Shown: positions 1 through 11,086 of the stretch, piece after piece | Position numbering within the stretch: the first letter of the stretch is position 1 | How the letters are laid out: each line of letters opens with the position of its first letter | Position numbers and translations under genes: made by a program | NCBI GenBank assembly: GCA_002269645.1 | Contig: NIVC01001475.1 | Location: 1-64,000, forward strand | Direction of reading: 5' to 3' | DNA from: Macrostomum lignano | Lineage: Eukaryota | Length of the DNA: 64,000 nucleotides | Notes under the pieces: generated by a model | Told to the model about the DNA's origin: nothing | Databases searched by the model: none | What the model saw: the letters and a program-made list of their open reading frames with translations, nothing else

Positions 1-67
1 CATAAACGGAGCGATGTACTGCGGATGGGTCCGGGCTCGTGGCCGTCCTCCCAGATTGTCATGAAGC
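1..67 (-). CDS. Possible exon of a neighbouring minus-strand gene running out of the window
   Basis: GC-rich segment preceded on the minus strand by gttttctgtaaattttatag|; open in two frames (FMTIWEDGHEPGPIRSTSLRL or LHDNLGGRPRARTHPQYIAPFM); a consensus minus-strand donor ccacg|gtaagtg lies at 1180. Confidence 0.3.
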
Positions 68-184
68 CTATAAAATTTACAGAAAACAGTCGTGTTCACA
101 CTTTCAAGTTTTTTGGATCCACTTGTCTAAAGTGTGCGCAAATCTCGCTCCAGGAACTCTCATGACACTCTGAACTGATAAAAA

Positions 185-294
185 CACTTCTGTTCTCCGA
201 GTGTCTCTATGCTGACACACTTCTGTCTCCGAGTGTCTCTATGCTGACACACTTCTGTCTCCCGAGTGTCTCTATGCTGACACACTTCTGTCTC
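185..294. repeat. About 33-bp tandem repeat, about 3 copies
   Basis: gagtgtctctatgctgacacacttctgtctcc repeated. Confidence 0.9.
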
Positions 295-2508
295 ATATCT
301 GACACCCAACTTCTCATACTGCTGCTCAATTGCAGTCTGCAATGACACTCCACTGTCCTTCTAGTCGAGTTATGGTGTGCTTAAACAATTATCAGTGTTA
401 TTATTGCACGAGTCTCACTCGTGGCAGAGATGAAACTTCTCTCTCACACTTCTAGACAACAATTCAGCTGTTTCTCAACCTCCCACTCTTGAGCCAGCTT
501 GTCATTGTCATCTCAATTCAAGCTGCACACGCGATTGCATATTTTTAGATCCGAAGACTATGACTAAGCCCATGCATCTTTTATCTTTCTCTCTTCATCG
601 CTAAAAACTACTGTAAGAGCAATTTCTGAGTCCAAAAGAATCTTCACGTCTCTTTATTGCCGAGTCTCGCCATACGTGTACATTGCTGTACAGTTTCTGC
701 CATCGTGCATTTCTATCCTCCTAATACAGCTTTCAGTGCAGCTTTTTAATCAAGCCGAACTATTTTCTATAAAGCAATGCTTCTTGCATCTTAAGTCTTA
801 ATTCTCTCTGTCTTCTCTGCTGTGCAAACTCAGATAGCTGAGCTCAGTGCTAGCCTGCTGTTGGATGAATAGAAACTCAAGTCAAAATGTACAAAAAACA
901 ACCCGCGCCAGCGGCATACACAGAAAATTGCACATACCATTCGTTGATATGGAAATACGGCTGACTCGATGACCATAGAAATAGAATGAAAACTTCAACT
1001 GAACTCTCTGCAATAATAAGAAAAACGTTATGCAGTTCATGTATTGTAATTGTACGTTACAGCTAGTTTTCGGATGTACAAACACATACATGTAAAAAAG
1101 AAAGCAAATTGACATGCTCGATATGAAATTCATGTATGACGCATGTACACGCGCGCGCAATATTTAATCGAACACTTACCGTGGACACATTCCATGAGCT
1201 GATGTTTGTTTTCGACACGACATTTGGCAAAGCAAATGCAAGATCGAACTCCTTAATTAAATTGTTGTATCGATTTAAATCGTGATGAACAGTGATCTGG
1301 TAGTATTGCTCGTTGTCCTGGAATTAGGAATTTTCCGGAAGATTTATGTACATGTAATTAAATTGGCAGAGAGGTGCAGATAATGTACATCATGCTCAAA
1401 TGTACACACCATGCAGTTTCATTTTTTGCATATTTATTTAAATGATCTACGTGTGTGCATGATACATGTATGGACTTTCATGTACAAGTAATAGTTGATA
1501 AACTTACATGCGTAGTCACTGGGACTACTGATGTTTCCCTTTTGACTAATCTCACTAGATTTGCGGATGCCGAATAATGAGAAGAAGCCTCCGCTGGAAA
1601 TCCAAATTATAATGCGTGAGACAATACAAAATATAGGCGCTTTTACATGTACGTACGATGCTTTGTCTGAACGAATATATGCGAAATTATAAAAATCAAG
1701 CAAACCTGCACATTTAGCATAAGCTGATAACCATGTACAGAATATGCAGTATGTACAAGTATAAACTTACCCGCAAAGCATTTTTCGGACTGTTGCAACA
1801 GAAAGCATGCTGTGATAGCTAGTAAAAATCGGTTCATGATAGCGAAGTAACTATTCAAAAGTTTTTTTGGGCCGCAAAACTGTAAAAATTTGCTCAGATT
1901 TCGCTAAAACAACAATTAAAAAACAATTAAATAATATAAGTACGATTTATTAACGAAATTTACTTGGTAAAACAAAAAACAAAATTTTGTTTTGACCATT
2001 TTTTGCTAAAAATAAAAACACTATAAATCTGTGCAATTTCAGATTTCAGTGGCTTAGAAAGATAAGTTGTACCAAACAATGTAAAAAGCTTTTTCTGCTT
2101 ATAGTATTTGACTTTACAAAAATCTAAGAAATCGTAACGTGAGCAACAAACTAAAAACGGCTAGAGGTGATTGATAAGGGCTCAAGCTTGAGCTATAATA
2201 CTTCTATGCACATTGTATTTCTGATTAAGCTTTGAAGAGGAAGGATAATTAGTCGACGAGTTAAATAATTCAGTGAAATGATAGACGTGTAGCTATAATC
2301 TACTCAGATTTTTTCGTTTTTCCTGATCTCGGTTTTAGTTTTTTAGTCAAATTTATTACTTTTAGCAGATTTTTCCTCACTGTCGACTGTCCTTTATGTA
2401 CACAACATTTTAACTTAGCCAAGGTTTTAGCGGTTCGCTGTGCCGCAGGAAGGAAACAATTTCTGTGTATTATCTATGTAAAGAACTAACACCAGCGTTA
2501 TGGTACAG

Positions 2509-2946
2509 GACCAAGACTGCCACACACCAAGACCGCCACAGCTCTTACTGGCTACTGGAATTTAGGGGGAGCTACCAATCTTCCAGCATTGCTATTGGTT
2601 GTGATGGGTTATGAAGTTAGATGAGGTCAAGGAGGAAGCATCCCAAGATTGGTCACTAATAAGACAAATAAGTGGTCCAAAATGATGGCAAGACAACAAG
2701 GACAATTTTAACAATATCTTATAGTTCCTTTACAATTCAAATTGAATGAAAAAACAAGGAGCCTGGCTCACTCACCCACCCAGCCTGCTCACTGGTTCCT
2801 CTTTTGCGGCCTTGTCCTGCTGGCTCTCCCTATCTTACCCCTCCTCAGCACTAGGCCTATCCAATAACATGGCAAGCCAAATTCTGCCCCCCCCCTAGCT
2901 CCCCAACACCCAAGTGTGGCAGTCTTGGTGTGTGGCGGTCTTGGTC
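2509..2946. mobile_element. MITE-like element with 32-bp terminal inverted repeats
   Basis: gaccaagactgccacacaccaagaccgccaca (2509-2540) versus reverse complement of 2915-2946: 30/32 identical; no coding capacity; no clear TSD. Confidence 0.7.
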
Positions 2947-3517
2947 TTACACCAGCATTATAAATAATCAATTAATTGTAGGCCTACGTCTAAACTCCAA
3001 AATAACTATTTTTTCAGGGTCCAGAATAAAGGGCCAAATATTTGTATTATTATTAGGCATAGCTTTTTGATAATTTTGGACTTGTAGTAGGGCCTATAAT
3101 GTCAATGATTTTGCAAATGCTTAGGGCGTAGGGCCTAATATCCTATTAGTATTATAATAATAAGTTGTCCTATTCTGTACTCTGTAGTCCATTACCATGG
3201 TCAGGAAGGTGCACCATGTGCACCACAACAAATCCCCAGTAAAATTTTTAACTGTGCAGCGTGCGCCAAGTAAAAAAGTGCATGTGTGCCTGAAAAAGAA
3301 ATGTGCACCTTGTATTAGGCAACTTTGTAATATAAAACTTGAAAAAAAATGAAAGAAAGTCTTAATTTTTGAATCTTATTTTGAAATTTAAGTTTTATGC
3401 ATTTATTTATTTTTTATTTAACATTAACGAAATAATGATGTTTATTAAACTTTAATTTTTTCAAAACAAATATATAATTTGTAAATTCCAAAAAACTTTT
3501 TTGTATTATTTGAATTT

Positions 3518-3899
3518 GAGCCTCTTCATGGCAATCAGTTCTAGAACCAGAATAAATTCGAGTTCTAGAACCAGAACCAGTGTGAAATGAGGAGCTTCAA
3601 ACCCATGTTATGTTTGACAGTCTTTACAATTTAATTTTGTTGTTTTTTGAATTTGTTTTTTTTTTGGATATGACAAAAAAAGAATAATTATATAACAATA
3701 ATAAAAAAATTGACGATTTCAAATATATTTTACTGTTAAAGTGTAAACATGACAACGGTTTGAGAAAATTTCTCGAACCATATTCTAGAACCAGAACCAT
3801 GTTCCAGAACTGATTTTATTTTTCGAACCATTGATATGAAGAGCGTCAAACTGGTTCGGAACCGGTTCCATTTTTCGAACTGGCAATATGAAGAGGCTC
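3518..3899. mobile_element. MITE-like element with GAGCCTCTTCAT termini
   Basis: Perfect 12-bp inverted termini extending imperfectly to cagttc; flanks tttgaattt / tttgaattg (8/9, candidate 9-bp TSD); internal GTTCTAGAACC/GGTTC motifs. Confidence 0.7.
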
Positions 3900-5576
3900 T
3901 TTGAATTGAATTGAATATTTAAAAAATGAGCAAGTATACATTTATATGTCACACTTTACATATGGATATGAACTAAGAAGATTTTACTATAGACTTTATG
4001 CTGAGTGTGGCTTACCATGTGCCATGTGCACCAGAAAATTCCTTGTATATACCACAAATTTGCGCAAAATCTACTAGGCCTACTTGTATAACAAAGCTTT
4101 TTACAATAGTTTTAAGGAAATATTTATTTGTTTTTATAATCATTCACAACTTTCATAAATAACAAAATTAAGGCATATGACCATATTATTATGCTTTTGT
4201 ATTTTTATTATGTTTATAGCAAGGCAAAATTAGGCCCCAATAAGGCCAGCTTTACAAAACTATATTCTCCATTTGATATTTTTTAGAATAAAGATCAAAA
4301 TCAGAATTCAGCCAATCAGTTTTGTCTCTAGCATTCTTATAATGCATTTCAGGTCAAAAGAGCTGCTTGACCTTTCCAAAAAGTATGTTTTTGGAATATT
4401 TAATCCCTTTAACATTGAGCAATTTCTTAGCTAAGATGCATGTACCATCCCAGGAAAATTTCTAATCGAATGGTGCATGTTTGAAGAAAATTGGTTGAGC
4501 TTTTTTTTCTGAAATCAATTGCATAGCTACATAGCTCAAGTTAAGTGAAGGTTCCTATAGGTACATAGTTTTGATTTTTTTAGTATATTGGATTCTAGGC
4601 ATCATTCTAGGTATAATTTGGCATGAAGTATCACAGAGCCATTGTTTTCTTTAGTATAATTTGGTATAAAACCTTAGGCCATTTTTCTACTTGGTATAAT
4701 TTGGCATAAAATGAAGTGCATGCCAAATGCCTTATATTGTATAGCCAGCATGATCTAGACTATGGGGCCTATTGGAGGTTTCAACAAAAATATAATAATA
4801 TAATAGGACAATGTTAAAAACAATATTTTTTATAAATTCGCCTATATATATTCTTGCTTTGCCTTAGGCCTAGCTAGGCCTATATTTATTGCTATAACTA
4901 AGCATATATAACCTAGAAAGCTCTAGAAAGCAAATATTGCTATAGAAACAAAATGAAACTTGAAAAAATACTATGTTCATTATAATTTAGATTGGTATAA
5001 TAATATAGTTGAATATATAAATTCTCAAAGATATCAGATATATGCTGAATAAAAATATTTTCAGAAAATTATATATTTGGGGCCTAGTATATGCAAAATA
5101 TTTTGCTAGAAATGTTTACTATATGAAAAGTTACAAAAACAATAAGCAAATTGAAAAAAACATGTCACTTATTGCCTGAAGTTTATACTATTATAATATA
5201 AGAAGTATTAAACATTTTATATTAAATAGCATTTTGATATTTTGAACAACTTTTAACAAACAAAATTTTTTTAACAGTAATGGTAATAGTATGCCATACT
5301 TATTTTTATATAATGTGTTATATTTATGATTTGAAAATTAAATTTGTTTTTCTATGCTTGTTTTTTCTAAATTAAAGCTCCAAATGGTGAAATACTTCAT
5401 TTAAGATCTAGAATACCAATTAGTATTAGTCAGAAAATACAAAAATTCAAAATATAATATACCACTATGACTAATATCTCTATCTTACCTTTTATAATGC
5501 TAAGTCTCTTTGACCTAAAAAGGTGTAAGAGTCTATAGACTTTATGTTATTTGCATTTATTATGAGCATAGATTAG

Positions 5577-8335
5577 CCCTGAGCGCGCCGAGTCCAGCTG
5601 CCGCTCCAACGTAGCCGTCAGCGTCCACGTCTCGGCGTTGTAGAGCAGGACGTTTCGAACACCGCCTGCCACAGCCGAGCCCTCTGGCGGTCGGCAGCGC
5701 TTCGGAATGGAGGATGGCCCTGATTGAACGGAAGGCCGCGCAGGCAAGTCCTCAGCGCCGCCGGAAGTCCTCGTCCACGTGAGGCACCAGAACGCCGAGG
5801 TAGGTGAACCGCTCGCAGCGTGCGAGCCTGGTCGTCTGCCTGTCTGCGCTGCGGCACGTCAGGTCCGCTGGGATGTCGGCCGGCACAGTCAGCACCTCCG
5901 TCTTCAGCGTGTTGACAATCAGACCGACGCTCGATGCGACTTCGACCAACCTGTCGATCTGGCGCTGGGCGCCTTCAACGGACGAGGACAGGAGGGCGAG
6001 GTCGTCGTCGTAGCCAAGCACGCTCATGCGCAGCAGGGAGCCGTCGTCAGCCGAGGGGAGTGCGGTCCGAAGCACCCAGTCCAGGAGCAGCACAAAGAGA
6101 AACGGCAGCGTGTCGCTGTCGCCCTGCAGAACTCCTGATGAAGTATCGAACAGGTCAGACAGGCCGTCCGCCGTCACCACAGCAGCTCGAGTATCGCAGT
6201 ACAGCGCCATGACAGCGTCGATTAGCTGCTGCGGGACTCGGTAGGCTCGAAGGACGAAGGAAAGAGCGGATCTCAACTCCGAGTCAAACGCCTTTCGAAA
6301 GTCAACGAAGACAATGATCAGCGTAGACTGGCGGATGCGCGCCTCCTCGATGGCACGGCGGAGTGCGAGGATCTGTGTCACTGTACCGCGTTGCGGCCGG
6401 AATCTGTTCTGCTCGTACCGCAGGTACGGGTCCAGCATCATCGACTGCAGACGATCGAGCAGCAGCCGGTTGAAGAGCTTCGCGGTGCAGGACATCAGCG
6501 AGATCCCGCGGTGGTTTTCGTTCCGCGTTGTCGCTGCCTTCTTCGGGATCGGCACGATGTGCGCGACGGTCCACTCGGTGGGCGCAGGAGCGCCTGGGAG
6601 GCCACACAGCGGAGCCGCAGCGCTTCGACCGGGACTTCCTCAGGGCCGAGCGCCTTTCCGCCTGATGTTTTCCGAGCGAACAGCACAACGTCCTCCGTGG
6701 TGACTGGTCTGGTGCAGAAGTCCTCCTCAGCTGGGAGCGGCGTGTCCAGTGAGATCGCAAAGCTGGCGGGCAGCGGCGACGCAGGCGCGTTCACGATGCC
6801 GGCGAAGAAGTCGCGCAATTCACTCCTGCGCTCCTCCGGGATGTCGCCGGCCAGGTTCAGCGCCACGCGCTTTCTGCGCCCCGTCAGAGTCCGGACGGCC
6901 GTCCACACTGCGCGGCTCTTCACGTCGGGGCCAGCTGCAGTGATGGACCTAATGGCGTCATCGACAGCGGCCTGTGCCGCTCGTCAAGAAGGCGCTCAAA
7001 CGCGTCTTCAGCGTCGCCCGTGGGCCGCCGGTTTCTGCGGAGTCGCTCGATGTTGAGCCGCGCCTGCCTGATGATGGGGTCGCTCAGCTAGACAGGCAGC
7101 GATTTTTGCGCTGGCCGCATCAGCGGGACCGTCTGCTCTGCAGCGGCTCTAACGGCGGGGCTGATGTCGGAATACTCCGCCTCGCGCTGGTCTCCAAGCG
7201 CACCGACGAAGGCACCGCGAAATGACGCTTCACGCGGGTGTCAACAGTGCGCGATAGTAGCGCCGTGGCCGCTGCTTTGGCGGTCGGTAGAGCTGGTCGC
7301 GGAGACGCAAGTCGCAGATCAGGAGTCGATGGTCTGACCGGAGAGCCAGTGGAGCCATGGTGTCGCAGTTGGTGACGGGGCGGCGCTCGCGAGTGCGAAC
7401 CAGCGCATGATCGAGTTGCGCCAGTCTCCTCGTGGCGATCCGTCCTCGTGGCGTTCCGCCGCCTTCTCTTGCAGCCCGCAAAGGTGACCAGGCGGGCAGG
7501 GGGCTTGCGGAACTGGTTGTTCGCGGACACCAGATCCAGCCGGTCAAGCAGGTCCTCCAGCGCATCGGTGTTGGCGTTCTCGCGTCCCGCGACACAGAGC
7601 GAGTGCTCGGACCAGCGTGTCGCGGTTTGGCACCTCTTCCAGCTGCCCAGCCAGGAAGTCGGAGAAGGCACGAGCCTCCTCGGGGTGAGCAGCGGTGGGT
7701 GCATACGCGCAGAACAGCCGGATGCAGCGGGCGCGCAGTCGCAGGTCGACCCGAATCAGTCGCGGGGACAGCGAGATGCAGTGCACGCTCTCCGGGATGC
7801 GCGGTCCGATCAGTACGCCGACACCGCCCCGGCCGCGGTTGTCTGCCGACGTGTACAGGAGGCTCCAGCCGGCTCCGAGGTCCTCAGAGTGGAGCCCCGG
7901 CTCAGCCACGATAGAAACCTCCTGCAGCGAGACGAGGTCCAGCTGTAGGTCGTGGGCCAGCTGGACAAGGATGGTGCGACGCCAGGGGGCCTTCAGAGTT
8001 CGGCAGTTCATCGTGCGAGCCTGAGGCGGCCACCTGGTACAGCTGGGGACAGATGGAGGTTGGCCTCGTGGTCCCCGGCGCCACCCGGCGGATCCATAGT
8101 TGAAGTAGCAGGGACTGGAGACAACAGGCGCCTGGCCGCGCCGCGGAGTCGCCCTCGCCGCTTGCGCTCGCGCCGCCGCTCAGTGCGACGCTGCGCCGAC
8201 CTCTGCGAGTCCCTGCTGTGCTGAGCTTTTCTGCCGCAGCCGAAGCGCGGCCGTCCGAACCAACCGTAGTCATCCGCGGCCTGGTGATCTTGCCGCGATG
8301 CCAGGAGGTGTCAGCACTTTTTGCACGGGTGTGGC
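5577..8335 (-). mobile_element. Degenerate RTE-type non-LTR retrotransposon (APE endonuclease + reverse transcriptase), 3'-truncated
   Basis: GC-rich island in AT-rich DNA. APE motifs LATMNCRTL, LQEV, GGVG, YAPT, LDH, SDH; RT motifs RGISL, EQNRFR, VDFRKAFDS, GVLQGD, GYDDD, FTYLG, LLYNAETW. Spread over several frames with frameshifts and deletions. Confidence 0.93.
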
Positions 8336-8608
8336 ATGCCTAAAATCTGTAAAAGTGTCTAGTCTACATCCATGGGTTTTTGAAAGCTTCGAACCTACCA
8401 TCCTGACAGTGTAGATTTAACAGTATTCAAATCTGGCAAATCAAGACCCCCCCTGGAAATTAAAAAGTTTGAAAGTTATATTTTTATATTAATATATGTT
8501 TTAAATTATTTCCTTATAACTAATTTAATTCTTGTGGTAAAATTTCTGCTTCTAATCAATTGTGATGTAGTTTGTTCAGTTTAGGAGTTCTTACACTTGT
8601 GTGCCACA

Positions 8609-8633
8609 ATGCAACTACAGATAAGTCCGAGAG
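8609..8633 (+). CDS. Exon 1 coding part (MQLQISPR-G), start of signal peptide
   Basis: ATG 8609; donor G|GTAAGG at 8634; phase 1 joins exon 2 to give MQLQISPRGICSAIALLTFVCVSA, a typical signal peptide. Confidence 0.75.
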
Positions 8634-8720
8634 GTAAGGATTTTTCTTCTTTTGAAGTTTTTGAAACTTACCTAGACCATTAATATATTGAAACGCTGGT
8701 ATTCTTTTCTGCTCCTATAG

Positions 8721-8907
8721 GAATTTGTTCTGCAATAGCTCTGCTAACTTTTGTCTGTGTATCTGCTGCCACTGCACCCAATGGCTATCTTGGCTGCATC
8801 GAGTTGTCAAGTTTGTCTTCAGCTGTCACTGCTGGAGCAGTCAGCATATCAAATTGGCAGGAGTTGCCCACTCCAGCAGCCTGCTTTTATCGCTGCTCCG
8901 CTTTGGG
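8721..8907 (+). CDS. Exon 2: signal peptide h-region and WSC N-terminal part
   Basis: Acceptor ctcctatag|; reads ICSAIALLTFVCVSAATAPNGYLGCIELSS...PTPAACFYRCSALG; donor GG|GTGAGT. This frame is not in the ORF track. Confidence 0.9.
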
Positions 8908-8924
8908 GTGAGTAACTTAGGAAT

Positions 8925-9660
8925 CGCTCGCTTGCTCACTCACTCACTCACTCACTCCCTCACTCACTCACTCACTCACTCACTCCCTCACTCACTCACT
9001 CACTCACTCACTCACTCACTCACTCACTCACTCACTCACTCACTCACTCACTCACTCATTCACTCACTCACTCACTCGCTCACTCGCTCACTCACTAACT
9101 CACTCACTCACTCACTCACTCACTCCCTCACTCACTCGCTCACTCACTCATTCACTCACTCACTCACTCATTCACTCACTCACTCACTCGCTCACTCACT
9201 CACTCACTAACTAACTCACTCACTCACTCACTCACTCACTCACTCACTCACTCACTCACTCACTTACTCACTCACTCGCTCACTCACTTACTCACTCACT
9301 CGCTCACTCACTCATTCACTCACTCACTCATTCACTCACTCACTCGCTCACTCACTCACTCACTAACTCACTCACTCACTCACTCACTCACTCACTCACT
9401 TACTCACTCACTCACTCACTCACTCACTCACTCACTCACTCACTCACTCACTCACTCACTTACTAGCTTACTCACTCACTCACTCACTCACTCACTCACT
9501 TACTCAGCCACTCACTCATTCACTCACTCGCTCACTCACTCATTCACTCACTCGCTCACTCACTCATTCACTCTCTTACTTAACCACTCAATCACTCACT
9601 CACTCTTTCACTCGGTCACTCACCTAATTACTCAATTACTCACCTTTTCAGTCACTCAAT
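8925..9660. repeat. (TCAC)n microsatellite, intron 2
   Basis: Direct reading. Confidence 0.97.
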
Positions 9661-9836
9661 CACAGAAAAATCAGTCACTTACCCGCTTACTTACCCCCTT
9701 ACAATCTCGCTAAAATTCTCACAATATTCTCAGCTCAAGCTCGCATAAGAGCATGCAAATAGTACTGATATCTTTGTTACAACTGACTCGCACTACCAAC
9801 TGTAGAATTCTAAAACAAAATCGCTCCCATTCGCAG

Positions 9837-9962
9837 ACAAGCGCGGCCTCTGCTGGGCAGAAACGGGTCCTGCAGCTGTGCTAAAATTAAAGCCGGAAAA
9901 TCCTGGCCCGCCGAACCTGGCGACCCCATTCTGTCCGCTATCGGGGCCGGCCGCTGCGAACC
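9837..9962 (+). CDS. Exon 3: WSC middle part
   Basis: Acceptor cccattcgcag|; QARPLLGRNGSCSCAKIKAGKSWPAEPGDPILSAIGAGRCE(P); donor CC|GTAAGC; phase 2 at both ends. Confidence 0.85.
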
Positions 9963-10030
9963 GTAAGCCACTTTCGATGCCTTCTTGATATTGTGGTATG
10001 AGTATCACTTGGTCAGGGAGTTCTGAACGA

Positions 10031-10550
10031 GATTATTGATCCCTATTGAAGCTGGACTGTGGGGATTAATTATTCCTATTGAAGCTGGACTGTGGGGATT
10101 AATTATTCCTAATGAAGCTGGACTGTAGGGATAAATGATCCCTATTGATGATGGACAGGTAGGGATTATTGATCCCTATTGAGGATGAACAGGTATGGAT
10201 TATTGATCCCTATTGATGATTGACAGATAGGGATTATTGATTCCTAATGAAGCTGGACTGTAGGGATTAATGATCCCTATTGAGGATGGACAGGTAGGAA
10301 TTATTGATCCCCATTGATGATGGACAGGTAGGGATTATTGATCCCTATTGATGATGGACAGGTAGGGGCTATTGATCCCTATTGAGGATGGACAGGTAGG
10401 AATTATTGATCCCCATTGATGATGGACAGGTAGGAATTATTGATCCCCATTGATGATGGACAGGTAGGGGCTATTGATCCCTATTGATGATGGACAGGTA
10501 GGGGCTATTGATCCCTATTGATGATGGACAGGTAGGGGTTATTGATCCCA
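10031..10550. repeat. About 34-bp minisatellite, intron 3
   Basis: ggacaggtagggattattgatccctattgatgat and variants. Confidence 0.93.
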
Positions 10551-11086
10551 ATCGAGTACTAGACAGAAAGCAAAGCACACAACTTTGGCCATTTCACTTC
10601 CAAGTTTGCTTCTTCAAATAGCGAAGAATAGCAGTCGTCTAATTTTTATATATCATACCTGCGTGCGGCCCAAGGCTAAGGTGATTTGTCCTTGTTCCAG
10701 AATGATACTTTGTGCCCCTCTACCACAGCCTCGCTCGCTTACTTCTTCTGACTTGATTCTGCATCTCGATTTCGGCTTATTCGAAATTGCGCACAAATAA
10801 TAATCATAAAATGGCGAACGCAGTAAACAGCGTTTTCTGTCTTTCATGCCCTATAGCTGACTTGGGGGCGTGCGCAGTTCCATTTTTATATTGCATAGCT
10901 TTGGCTGAGGGTGGGCTAGGGTGCATTGTGGGTACATGGCGCTGTAGTATCACATATAGTAGTGCAATATATTTGGAATAGTAAAATATTTTTTATGAAC
11001 TTTTTGTTTGCAAGCGAGGACCTCACCCTCTACTTTAGTGTCCGTGAAACTCTGTCTATACGTGTACTATATTGGCCGTGAAATTT

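Noticed and set aside
5618-8273. Many overlapping ORFs on both strands over the retrotransposon
   Set aside because: Shadow ORFs of GC-rich DNA; only minus-strand fragments with APE/RT motifs are meaningful
8725-9210. 161-aa ORF ending in (THSL)n
   Set aside because: Wrong frame of exon 2 running into (TCAC)n; the true frame gives a signal peptide and WSC
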